Source of the DNA: Octopus sinensis | Taxonomy: Eukaryota | Direction: 5' to 3' | DNA length: 64,000 nt | NCBI RefSeq assembly: GCF_006345805.1 | Contig: NC_043009.1 | Span: 16,554,001-16,618,000 of the forward strand | In this document: positions 37,853-49,752 of the stretch, one piece after another | Numbering within the stretch: the stretch's first letter is position 1 | Layout of the letters: every line of letters begins with the position of its first letter | The notes under the pieces: model-generated | Databases searched by the model: none | Told to the model about the DNA's origin: nothing | The model's input: only the letters and a program-made list of their open reading frames with translations | Position numbers and translations under genes: made by a program

Positions 37853-38812
37853 TTTTAACGTCCGCTTTCCATGCTAGCATGGGTTGGACAATTTGATTGA
37901 GGACTGGCGAACCAGATGACTGCATCAGGCTCCAATCTGATCCGGCAGAGTTTCTACAACTGGATGCCCTTCCTAATGCCAACCACTCCAAGAGTGTAGT
38001 GGGTGCTTTTACTAACCACCAGCATGAGGGCCAGTCAGGCGGTACTGGCAACAGCCATGCTCAAATGATGTTTTTTACGTGACACCTGCACAGGAGCCAG
38101 TCAGGCGGCACTGGCAACAACCTCGCTCAAATATTTTTCATGTGCCACTAGCACAAGTGCCAGTAAGGCAATGCTGGTAACGATCATGCTCAAATGGTAC
38201 TTTTTTACGTGCCACCAGCACGGAAGCCAGTCAATGCTCGGATGGTGCTCTTAGCGCTCCACTAGCATGGATACCATTCATTGAATTTGATTTCGATTTC
38301 AATTTCATTTGCCTCAACAGGTCTTCGGAAGCAGAGTTTAGTGTCCGATGAAGGAAAGGTACGTATAAGTGGGCTGGGTACACCCCTGGCATAGGCCATG
38401 GGTTATGGTTTCACCTGGCTTGCCGGGTCTTCTCAAGCACAGCATATTTCCAAAGGTCTTGGTCACTAGCCATTACCTCGGTGAGGCCTAATGTTCAAAG
38501 GTCGTGCTTCACCACCTCATCCCAGATTTTCCTGAGTCTACCTCTTCCACAGGTTCCCTCAACCACTAGGGTGTGGCACTTTTTCACACAGCTATCCTCA
38601 TCCATTTTCACCACATGACCATACCATATGTCTCTCTTGCACACCACATCTGACGCTTCTTAGGTCCAACTCTTCTCTCAAAGCACTTACACTCTGTCGA
38701 GTATGCTCACTGACATTACACATCCAGCGGAGCATACTGGCTTCATTCCTTGCAAGCTTATGCATGTTCTCAGCAGTCATGGCTCATGTTTCACTGCCAT
38801 GTAGCATGGCTG
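37818..38812 (-). mobile_element. RTE-clade LINE 3' ~1 kb
   Basis: LHGSET-AMTAENMHKLARNEASMLRWMCNV...; UTR repeats; (GAT)n tail next to (TA)n. Confidence 0.85.
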
Positions 38813-39015
38813 GTGCATGTATGCATGCATATGTGTGGGGGCGCAAGCATATAAATGCAAAACAAAAGGGAGAAACTAGTATTTCAATAACAGATGTGGA
38901 GTCAATTATAAAATTTGAAAGAATCTGAAAAAAATTCACAAAGCATCAGTCCAACATTACCAACACTTGGATGAATATCCATCGAAGGCTTCTTAAGTTT
39001 TATCAACTTCAGTAA

Positions 39016-39052
<37 letters not shown>

Positions 39053-39177
39053 TTCTTTTTTATTTCTTTCAGTCACTTGACTGTATATATGAATATAAAT
39101 ATATATATATATATATATATTAGAAATATTGAATTTCTAAATATCTCATAGAGATATGTGCGGTAGTGGAGCGATAG

Positions 39178-39238
39178 AGTGGTTGTATACTGTCAACTTA
39201 ACGAGACAGTCCTGTAAAGTTGACAGTATACAACCACT
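39178..39238. repeat. perfect 22-bp stem, 17-nt loop hairpin
   Basis: AGTGGTTGTATACTGTCAACTT and AAGTTGACAGTATACAACCACT are exact reverse complements. Confidence 0.9.
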
Positions 39239-39263
39239 TTATATATATATATATGTATGTATA

Positions 39264-39299
<36 letters not shown>

Positions 39300-39375
39300 T
39301 GTATATATAAAGGGGTTTGTATGATTGTGTATATATTTTACTGTTCTTATTGTATTAGTTTAACTCATCTCCATC

Positions 39376-39418
39376 GTCTGGAAATCTTTCGTCACACGTC
39401 TGTGACCTCTTCAGTGAC
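39376..39418 (-). ncRNA. hammerhead-like motif (stem I and III degenerate)
   Basis: Minus strand GTCA-CTGAAGA-G-GTCACA GACG TGTGAC-GAAA-GATT-TC-CAGAC; perfect 6-bp stem II. Confidence 0.5.
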
Positions 39419-39987
39419 ACTTTGCGTTTCCATGTGTGCTCTGCCCCCCTTAGTCCATTCTGTTCTTCTAAGGTGTGTATCCTTATGTCTGCATATATTT
39501 GTTTCCTTGTGTGAGTGTGTGTGTGTGTGTGTATGTGTGCCATAGTTTTTAACAGCAGTGTGGCCTTCCCCTCAGCAGCCCCATCCTCTCATCCGCTTGT
39601 GCTGCTGCTGTCCTAATGCCTGAAAATATGGTACAGTTCTTGTATTCCTCTGTGTGTGTGTGTTCCTGCATGGTGTTGCCATTGTGTTAATTGTTGTTAT
39701 TGCCATCATTGTCACCATCACTGCTGCTGTCGTTGTTAATTGTGTTGTTGATATTGTTGAGGCTGTCCATGAAATTTCTTGTGTGTGTGTATGGGTTCCC
39801 TTCATGTGTTGTATGTATCCATGCCCTTTATATTGATTTATTTATTTATTTTATCTATCTCTGTATCTATTATTTATCCCAGGTATGTGACAAATATATA
39901 TAAATATTTGTTTATTTCTCTATTTATTTATTTATTTATTTATTTTATACATCTATCTGTATTTCTCATAAGTATCACAGGTAAGTG

Positions 39988-40160
39988 CATCATCATCATC
40001 ATCATCATCATCATTTAGCATCCGCTTTCCATGCTAGCATGGGTTGGATGGTTCAACTGGGGTCTGTGAAGCCAGAAGGCTGCATCAGGCCCAGTCTGAT
40101 CTGGCAGTGTTTCTACGGCTGGATGCCCTTTTTAACGCCAAGGATGCCCTTCCTAACGCC
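39988..40160 (-). mobile_element. RTE-clade LINE 3' terminus
   Basis: (cat)n plus the conserved end sequence. Confidence 0.8.
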
Positions 40161-40590
40161 AAATGTTTATTGTATGTGTATTACCCTGAATCTTTCTGTG
40201 TATTATTTATGTTTTTTTTCGTTGCGTTTTCGTTTTTCCTCTCTCTTCTCATCCACCAGAGTATAGAAATAATGATAAGCTACCCTAGTAAGCACCCTAA
40301 CCATAGATTACCTCTTTTAGACACTGAATTCTAGTTAGAAACGAAGAACGGTAAGGCCCAGATCCTTCACTCTCAATATGCCAAAGCCATGGCCTCTAAG
40401 TATTATGTTGTTAAGTGTGAAATTTGTAGTAAGGTATAAGGTAAACTTTGACTGCTACTCATTTTGTGCCATTATTATATTTTAACAATCTTCATTTTTT
40501 GCTAGGAAGCTGACACATCTATTTCTTTATTCTAACTCATTTTGCATTTTATAAAGTATTTATAAATTGTTTTTTGCTATTTTTGTTTAG

Positions 40591-41593
40591 ATGCATAGGT
40601 CAGAAATTCGTACAGTTTGAAATATGAGTTCTTTCTTGGAAATACAGCATCACAGACAGCTCAAAATATTAATGGAATATTTCATTCTGATGTTATTACA
40701 CAGCAGACAGTATCAAATGGGTTTGCAAAATTTTGTTTTGGTAACTTTGACCCCAGAAATGAGCAATGCGGTTGAACAGAAACAAAGGTGGATAATGACG
40801 AACTAATAGTCACCGTCGAGTCAGATCCATCTTAAAGTGCCCGTAAATTATCGTTGTTGTTAGGTGTTAGCAAGCAAATAATACTGACTCACCTAGTTCA
40901 AATTGGTAAAGTGAAAAAGTTGGATAAGTAAGTTTCACATGAACTCAATGAAAATCAGAAACAGCAACATTTGGAGACTTGCATTATGCTACTTTCATTT
41001 TTGAATCGAATTGTAACATGTGATGAGAAATGGATCTAATACAACAACCGTAAACATTAAGAACAATGGCTGGACAAAGACGAGCCACCGAAACACAATC
41101 CAAAAAGCAAAATTCATCAAAAGAAGCTGATGGTGAGTGTTTAGTGGTCTGGCACAGATGTGATCCATTATGATTTCATTAAACCTGGCTCACCAATCAC
41201 AGCCAAAGTATACTGCAGCCATCTGGACCAAATGATGCAGAAACTTACTAAAAAGCAGCCTAGATTAGTCAACAGATCCACTTCTATTTTATTGCAGGAC
41301 AACGCCAGACCATACGTTGCAAAAATGACATTAGTGAAACTACAGAAGTTGGAGTTGGAAGTTCTCCATCATCCACCAAACTCACCTGATCTTACTCCCA
41401 CTGACTGCCATTTCTTCCAGAATTTTGATAACTTTTTGATAAGAAAAAAATTTAATTCTGACAATGCTGTAAAACAGGCCTTCCAAGATTTTATTGACTC
41501 TAGATTACCAGGCATTTGCATTTCTGGGCTGGACAAGCTACCGCTGAAATGACAAAAGTGTATTGACAATATGGGTGCATAATTTGATGAATA
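40591..41593 (+). pseudogene. mariner (DD34D, Hsmar1/SETMAR-like) transposase relic
   Basis: Near full-length reading with stops: VSHELNENQK, FLNRIVTCDEKWI, KKLMVSV, LLQDNARPY, HPPNSPDLTPTDCHFF. Confidence 0.9.
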
Positions 41594-41669
41594 AAACTAT
41601 TCCTTGTATTAATATAACAGCAAACATTTTATCTTTTCTACAAATTTCATACTTGATGACCTTAATACC

Positions 41670-42530
41670 TTGTTCACAAGAATGCAGTGATTGCAAACAA
41701 CACCAAGATCAGTGTTCTTATAGCTTGACTTGGTGAGAGTGATGAGGAATGTGTCTTGCAAGTGTGACCCTATGGAATTGGAAAGACACATATAACACTA
41801 CATCCCCAGCATTCAGTTCTCTGGCTACAACCAAAGGGACAAGATTAGAGTGCACAAAGGAGCCAAGACTGAGTACTATGCCATCATAGAGAGTGACGCT
41901 AAGGGGATCTGCCTGATGTACAGGAGTATATCCTGGAACAGCACAGAAAGGACCAGTAATAAGATAAATAAGACCAATACTTGGTATGACAACAAAAAAT
42001 ACCAGAGTGTCATGTTCGTCAATGCTACTCCGGGCAGCGAACTAGCACACCTTTTTAGAAAAACATTAAGTAAGGTTAATCTACAAATTAAAGTAGTAGA
42101 GTGGCCTGGTGCCCCTTTAAAATCCCTGATCTGCAATACCTATCCCTTTAATAAGACCCCCTGTACAGAGTACAATTGTGTTGTATGTAGGATGAACCGA
42201 CGGGTTAACAGTAAGATTAGGAATGTAGTGAATAGCTTATGATGTACTGAAGGACGGTGCAGAAACATGACAACTGCCTACATTGAAGAGACTGCATGCA
42301 GCATAGGAGAGCATGTAGGTGAACATTGGCGAGAGCCCAAAGAAGGGAAAAGCTCCTCAGTGATCTACCAACATGATCAGGCAGAACATGGAAGCTCAGT
42401 TAATAGCATAGAGGTTAAGGTATTATCGATATATAGAACTGACACGACACTTAGACAGATCACAGAGTCTATACACATGGCAGTAGACAGACCGAGCCTC
42501 AATAGAAAACACGAATGGAACAGTAACAGC
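41670..42530 (+). mobile_element. Penelope-like element C-terminal region (thumb/linker and GIY-YIG endonuclease), degenerate
   Basis: LVRVMRNVS, FSGYN, VMFVNATPGSELA, CxxxxCxxC, NVVNSL*C...C...AYIEETACSIGEHVGEH...QH...EH...RQITESIH...LNRKHEW: GIY-YIG-like with a CCHH pattern. Confidence 0.7.
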
Positions 42531-43104
42531 CACCACATGACTAAGGACAGAAGGGATGAGAGGAGAGAAGAAAAATGAAAAAGCAAAGAAAGAAAATCGT
42601 AAATGATACACAGAAACATACAGGATAATACACACACAATAGATGTATATGCACTTACATGTGATACTTATGAGAAATACAAACAGATGTGTAAAATAAA
42701 TAAATATATGGCTTACTATAATTGGCCTTATGTGCGTCCGTCAGTCTGTGACCTTTTCACGGCCAAACGACTGGTCACACTTGGCAGACTTACTAAGGAC
42801 GTCTCGAGAATGGTTTATATCAGGTTTAAAATCTTTTATTGGAAGGACTTGCTACACTACTTCGACTCATATGAAACTAAGGAAGCCATTTCCGTAAAAG
42901 ACTTCCTTTATTTGTTTCTTTTCTTTCTCTGTGTGTGGCAACAAAGGGACATTGTTTAACAGGAAGAGAGAGAGTCACACACACAAATGGAGAAAGAAAG
43001 ACAGACTATGTGTATGTCTGTGTGTGCGTTTTTTTTTTTAACCCCATAAACTCTTTCTCTACAAGATGTCGATTTCACCCAGTACCCGCAACAAAAACAC
43101 ACAT

Positions 43105-43500
43105 AGGTGCAGGAGTGGCTGTGTGGTAAGTAGCTTGTTTACCAACCACATGGTTCCAGGTTCAATATCACTGCGTGGTACCTTGGGCAAGTGTCTTCTA
43201 CTATAGCCCTGGGCCAACCAAAGCCTTGTGAGTAGTTTGGTAGACAGAAACTGAAAGAAGCCCATCGTATATATATATATATGTGTGTGTGTGTGTTTGT
43301 GTGTCTGTGCTTGTCCCCCCAACAACGCTTGACATCCGATGCTGGTGTGTTTATGTCCACGTCACTTAGCGGTTCAGCAAGACAGAACGATAGAATGAGT
43401 ACCAGGCTTACAAAGAATAAGTCCTGCGGTCGATTTGCTCGACTAAAGGCAGTGGTCCAGCATGGCCGCAGTCAAATGACCTAAACAAATAAAAGAATAA
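43105..43500 (+). mobile_element. SINE family A, full length
   Basis: ggagtggctgtgtggtaagtagcttg... through aaataaaagaataaaagaataa tail. Confidence 0.88.
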
Positions 43501-43769
43501 AAGAATAAAAAATAAAAATACATAAATAAAAGTAAATTATATGGAAAGCGGGCCCCAGTAACAAAACAGAAACAAAACCCTAAATGGCATTTATAGAAGG
43601 TCAAACAGTACTTTCAGTTCTTATTTCCTTATCCTCTCTACAACGGTCCTGGGTGTTGATGGGATGTGTGACACACAAAGGGTGTGAGAGGCACGCAGTG
43701 ACACACAGAGAGACAGAAGCAGAGAAAGACAGAGAAAAAATCAGACACACAGAAACAGAGAGAAAGACA

Positions 43770-43819
<50 letters not shown>

Positions 43820-44054
43820 ATTTTCTTTTACCCCATCAACACACTGATGGGGTGGGCGAAACAGAAAGTGTGTGACAGAGAGAGAGAGAGAGAGAGAAAC
43901 ACAAACAGAAAGAGAGAGAGAAAAAGGCAGTGTGTGTGTGTGTGTGTGTGCATTTCTTTTTAACCCCATCAACACATTTCCTCTACAATGTCAATTTGGT
44001 GCAGCACCCAAGCCAAAAAAATAAATAAATAAAAGCAATAATGTTAATGACCAC

Positions 44055-44600
44055 ATGATTAACCACTTCCCAGGAGAAAGTCGACAATATCGAAGTTCGG
44101 ACACTATAGTCGATGGAAATTATCGCCAGTATCCACAGGATATCCTTAACAAATTGAACTCATTGGGATTACCTATGCATAGGATCTCACTGAAAAAGTA
44201 CTGTCCTATAATGTTCCTACGAAATTTTGACCCTGCCAATGGACATTGCAATGGAACAAGATACACCATCACACAACTCAATTCTCACGTCATCGAGGCA
44301 GTAATAGCAATTGGCCCTCACAGTGGTAAGCACCTGTTCATACCTCAGATACCACTGGTACCCTCCGACAACCACTTTCCCTTCCAATTACGATGCAGGC
44401 AGTTTCCTATCAAACAGGCCTTCTCATTCACAGGTAACAAGTCTCAGGGCCAGACTTTAGATCGAGTTGGTGTGTTTTTGCGCACTCCGATGTTTACTCT
44501 CGGCCAGTTGTATGTCGCTATGAGCAGAGTAACGGACTCAGCTAATTTGAAAATTAGTGTTGATCAAACACAAAATATCGTTTACAAAGAAGTTTTGTAA
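44055..44600 (+). CDS. Helitron RepHel PIF1-family helicase C-terminal fragment
   Basis: GLPMHRISLKKYCPIMFLRN...GHCNGTR...RQFPIKQAFSFTGNKSQGQTL...GQLYVAMSRV...NIVYKEVL. Confidence 0.9.
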   Translation: MINHFPGESRQYRSSDTIVDGNYRQYPQDILNKLNSLGLPMHRISLKKYCPIMFLRNFDPANGHCNGTRYTITQLNSHVIEAVIAIGPHSGKHLFIPQIPLVPSDNHFPFQLRCRQFPIKQAFSFTGNKSQGQTLDRVGVFLRTPMFTLGQLYVAMSRVTDSANLKISVDQTQNIVYKEVL

Positions 44601-46153
44601 ACGTAATAATGTCATGAATATGTACTATGCAAAGCTGTACATAAGTATAATCAAAACCAACCATTATTTACATTTTGTTACATTTCCCAAGCCATATTTC
44701 AGTATAAATACATTCATACTTAAAGTTGTTATTATTTTCCACCTTCCTTTCATTTCCCATCATAGATGGGTAGGTTTGCTAGTTTATATAAATAGATGAA
44801 TAAGTTTAATCTTAGGAAAATTGGTAGTCAGAGAACATGAATGTTACAGCAATTATGTGCTCCTGAAAAACCCTTCTGACATAAACTTTAAAAATACAAT
44901 AGACATAGCAAGAAAAGCTCATTGTGCAATACACGCTGGAAATATTTGAACCTAGAAAAGAACAAGGCGAACTACGTCGCAGAGAATGTGAAATGTTTAA
45001 ACTGGACAAATTAATACCAGATACGTTCAAGTGCCTTATCTCTTCAAGCATCTTATCTCTCCCCAGGGCTGGGCCTTGTGGGTACATATTAATATTTTTT
45101 TGATACATACCTATTGCATATTTTCCTATATCTATGATCCTGTGTAAAATCCTTATCCTCTAATCTAAAGAAGGCCCTTCCTATACAGGTTTTCATATTG
45201 AGTGAGAACAGGGGAGGAGGCAAACCAGAAAACTTTTATGACTGTGCTTTCTCATGTGGGTGTTAGACTTGGATAGATAAATGATGTGGTCTTAAACCCG
45301 CTGGCTGCCAGCTCTTCATTGTAATAAGGTGTCACAGCATCAGAAACATCTTTTAGGATAGGCTTGAAGTCCTCCAACTGACACCCTTTACAAGACTTTT
45401 AAACTCTATAGGTAGGTGGCAGGTGGCCTTTTGTTTGATTTGCAGTTGTGTGTGTGTGTACATGCATGCATGCATGTGTGTGTGTGTACATGCATACATG
45501 TATGTGGGTAAGTATGTGTGCACGTGTATAATATATACAGATAAACAACTTTACAACTAATGAGTAACTATCTAAAATCTGTTTATATTATCATAACATT
45601 ATCTATTTTTATCAATGTTTTTCATTATAGTCTCTAGGTCATAATTTCTGTTCTATTTTTTTCTGATTACAATATTTCATATCTAATACCTGAATATAAC
45701 CTGTATTATACATAAATATGCACTTGCATATACATGCACATACATGTAAGTGTGTGTGTGTGTGTGTGTGTGTTCATTCTGGAGCAATGTCAATCACAAT
45801 AAGGTGATAAATAATGTAGCATGATGTAACAGGATAGCTAGATTCATAACTCTCAAATCTGTTCACAATAGTTGAACAACTAGGATTGTACATTGGCCCT
45901 GTCTTGTAAATAACCACCTACAGATATATCAGGTCATAGTGACAGCCTTTTCCATCATACTAACCACATAACTAAGGTTTTAAGTTAATAAATCTTAATA
46001 ATATCTATAATAATATTAATAAGATAAATTTCAACAGGCTTTAATTTGTTTTGACTTACTTATAAACCTTTTTATGAAGTAATGTCAATATTTGACTTCT
46101 TTCCTCATTTACTTGTGTGTGTGTGTGTGTGTGTGTGTGTGCATGTGTGTATA

Positions 46154-47084
46154 CGAGGTCTGATCAATAAGTATCTGGACTGTTGCCATAGTAATAAAGC
46201 TATGGCACATAGAGGAAAGTCGCTTGGCAAAGATTGGCTTCAAACTCTGCTGTACATACACACTAAGTTTTTACATTCTAGTTCACTTTTGCTGTTTACA
46301 GCAGTGCTTGGAGGGAAGGTGTGTAGTGTGTGATCATCACATTGACTATGACAGAGTAAGTTGTCATGGCAATATCTGCTCAAAAGGCTATGCAAAGTTG
46401 CAGAAAGTGTATGAGCCGCACATACAAGTGTACGAGTGGTTCAAACATTTCCAGGATGGCTGAAGAAAAATGTCGATATTGACGAATGTTCTGGGAGACC
46501 CGCAACCAGCAGAACTGAGAAAAACATCACAGATGTGCGTGCAGCTGTGAGGGGAAATTATCAAATCATCCATGAGTTATCAGAGGATGTGCAGATTAGT
46601 TAAGGTTCAGTTCAGTCCATTATTACTGAAGATTTGGATATGAGAAGAGTGTCTGCAAAGTTTATGCCCAAACTGCTTTCAGCTGACTAAAAAGACACTC
46701 GGGATTCAGTTGCACAAGATCTCCTTGATTGTGTCGAGAACAATGAAAACTTTTTCGAAACTTTGCATAGGCCTTCGAGCAGTTATCGCCAAACTTTAGC
46801 AAAATTTGATGCAATTTCTCTGCTCAGTTTTCTGTCATGGTCAGTGCACAGTAATCACACACTACACATGTTCCTTTAAAGCACTGCTGTAAACAGCGGA
46901 AGTTTTTCATTTTCATTTAGCGTCCGCTTTCCATGCTAGCATCGGTTGAGTTAGAATATTAAAACTTAGCATGCATGCACAGCAGAGTTCAAGGTCAATC
47001 TGTGCCAAGTGACTTCACTTTGCATACTTTAGATTTGTCACTATGGCAACAGTCAGGATCCAGATACTTATTGATCAGACCACA
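46154..47084 (+). mobile_element. mariner-derived non-autonomous element with TA TSD and long inverted ends
   Basis: TA|cgaggtctgatcaataagtatctgga ... tccagatacttattgatcagaccaca|TA; N-terminal transposase remnants VYEWFKHFQDG, SGRPATS, RRVSAKFMPKLL. Confidence 0.85.
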
Positions 47085-47789
47085 TAAATGGAAGCTGTAA
47101 GTATTTGGTCTGTTTACATATTGTGACACACCCAACTGAACTCATCCCAACACATTCATTTGGTCAACTGTGCCTTCAAATCATGACATCTGAGGAAGCA
47201 AATAGACTATAGGATAATTATTACATATTTCCATATATCATGGCATGATTTACATAACACTGTATCAATTGCGTAACATTGTATGAGACACAGAATAAGA
47301 ATACTGTCAGAAACAATAGTAATGTTAATTTGACTTCTTCGTTCTTCCTTTAATTTAATACTTTTATTACTCACTCTGCTGGGCTTATTTTAAGCTGACT
47401 GGATCCTACCTTGGAGTTGAGTCGTGCTTCTGTTTGCATCAGTTGAAGTCTTATGGAACTCCTTTTGATATTGGAATATTATGCTATAGCCAAGGACCAG
47501 CATGGAGTACTTGTGAGGGGAATATCCAGAATTATAATTATCCCTTCTATCAATCAATCAATCAAAATATTTGTGTGTGAGTGTGTGTGTGAGAGAGGGG
47601 GAGAGAGAGAGAGAGTGTAAAAGCAAAAGAGATGACATATGAAAAATGAGGATTATGTAATGAACTTCATTAACTTACAGCTATTTCTGCCATAAAATGC
47701 AGTGGATTCATAGTTGAGTGACTGAATAACAACCTATAGCTTTATTGAAGCTTCGAACATGAAGTGCAATATACATACATACATACATA

Positions 47790-47996
47790 TCATCATCATC
47801 ATCATCATCATCGTTTAACGTCCGTTCTCCATGCTAGCATGGGTTGGACAGTTCAACCGGGGATCTGGGAAGCCAGAAGGCTGCACCAGGCTCCAGTCTT
47901 ATCTGACAGTGTTTCTACAGCTGGATGCCCTTCCTAACGCCAACCACTCCGTGAGTGTAGTGGGTGCTTTTTACGTGCCACCTGCACAGGTGCCAG
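47790..47996 (-). mobile_element. RTE-clade LINE 3' terminus
   Basis: (cat)n plus the conserved end sequence. Confidence 0.8.
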
Positions 47997-48100
47997 GGAA
48001 AATCAAAAATAAGGGTGAAAAAATTGGATATTAATTTAATAACATCAATTTAACACCAAGTGGTTTAGCGCATAAAAACTGAGATTCAGTAAATATTAAT

Positions 48101-48472
48101 ACACAAATATAAGAGAGAATCCACTATGTGGACGCTCCTGCACTAAAAATAGATCCACAATAGTCCCAACCACCAAGAATTGTTCTCAAGAAAAATTAGC
48201 ACAACTATGAACGTAAGCGAGCAGGACAAATGAAAAATAACAAAAATGTAGATTAACCCTAGACGATTGTTTCTTAACCCTAGACAATTGTTTCACTGTG
48301 AAACAATCGTCTAGGGTTAATCTACATTTTTGTTATTTTTCATTTGTCCTGCTCACTTACGTTCATAGTTGTGCTAATTTTTCTTGAGAACAATTCTTGG
48401 TGGTTGGGACTATTGTGGATCTATTTTTAGCGCAGGAGCGTCCACATAGTGGATTCTCTCTTATATTTGTGT
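48101..48472. repeat. near-perfect ~173-bp-arm palindrome
   Basis: 48101-48273 is the reverse complement of 48300-48472 with about 2 mismatches; a 21-bp tandem duplication lies at the apex. Confidence 0.92.
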
Positions 48473-48473
48473 G

Positions 48474-48519
<46 letters not shown>

Positions 48520-48602
48520 TGTATGTATGTATGTATGTATGTATGTATGTACACACATACGTATGTATGTCGTATGTATGTATATATATATGTATGTATG
48601 TA

Positions 48603-48952
48603 GCAGATCCTGAATGCCTTCAACCGAGGATACAGCAGTCTTGGTTTCACCATCCACTCTAAGAAGATTCAGATTCTGTACCAACCAACCCCAAATGACT
48701 CAACCAGAAGAGAACCATCAATCAAGCTTGGTGAAACAACCCTTAAAAGCATGGACCACTTTCCTTATCTTGAGAGTCATCTCTCATCAAATATTGACCT
48801 GAGTGATGAGATTTAGCATTGTCTGAAGTGTGCTAGGACTGCCTTCAGCTGTCTCCATGCAGAATCTTTGAAGACCGTGACATCAGAACTGACACCAAAA
48901 TAGTTAGGTACAAAGCAGTGGTCATCCCAATACTCCTGTCTGCATCTGAAAC
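48603..48952 (+). mobile_element. RTE-BovB-like RT C-terminal fragment
   Basis: LYQP...SIKLGETTLKSMDHFPYLESHLSSNIDLSDEI...ARTAF...IRTDTK...YKAVVIPILLSASET. Confidence 0.7.
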
Positions 48953-49752
48953 CCAGCCAAAGATACTTGCTCAAGACACCATGCAGTGGGGACCAAACCT
49001 AAAATTATGAGGCTACAAAAATAGCCATGCCAGCCTCTGTACACACATACATCAGTTTGGCAATATAAATCAAGGCCTATTGGTAATACTCAAGTTAAAT
49101 AGTAATCTTATTTGTTGTTTATAGTACTTTTTTCCACTTAACACCAATCTTCTAAAAGGGAAATTTTTATCCTTTAATTTAACCAGAGGAAGATTTCAAC
49201 CACAGGACTAATTACAATAATCCTTATAAGAAGTTTTAATAGGAGAATAATATGACAGCTATAGTCAAAGACAACAACAAACTGATTGCAAAATGCCCTA
49301 TTCGAAAACATATTAACAGGTTTTGAAAAGTGAAGAGAAAGCAATGTCTTAGAAGTTTAAATGCATCTAAAGTAATTTCTTAATAAAATCTGGTGAGATC
49401 AAACAGTGTAACAGAATAAGAAAAATCACATTTGAGATTGTCCTGTCAAAGAGATTCCTTATGTCCTTGATGGTACTTACCAAGGGATTAACAAACAAAA
49501 AGAAGCAATTGAAATGAATTGAACGAGCTTGTTGATAATGGTTGATAAATGTTATTCACACATTTGAACTGCTGTTACGTAATTCTTTTTTAAATAATCA
49601 ATAAATACAGTTGGTAGGACATGGCTGACTAAACAAAACCTTTACAGAGTTGTAATCTGAATTTTACACACACACACACATACATGAGTGCCTGTAAAAA
49701 TACATACATATATGTACATACACTTATGTAAAACATACATATCTATCTATCT

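Larger units (their letters stand above)
42712..44782 (+). mobile_element. internally deleted Helitron carrying a helicase C-terminus; SINE A inserted at 43105-43500
   Basis: 3' hairpin CCCATC-ATA-GATGGG then CTAG|T at 44779-44782; putative 5' part with gtccgtc/gtct motif near 42712; internal microsatellite-rich repeated units. Confidence 0.7.
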
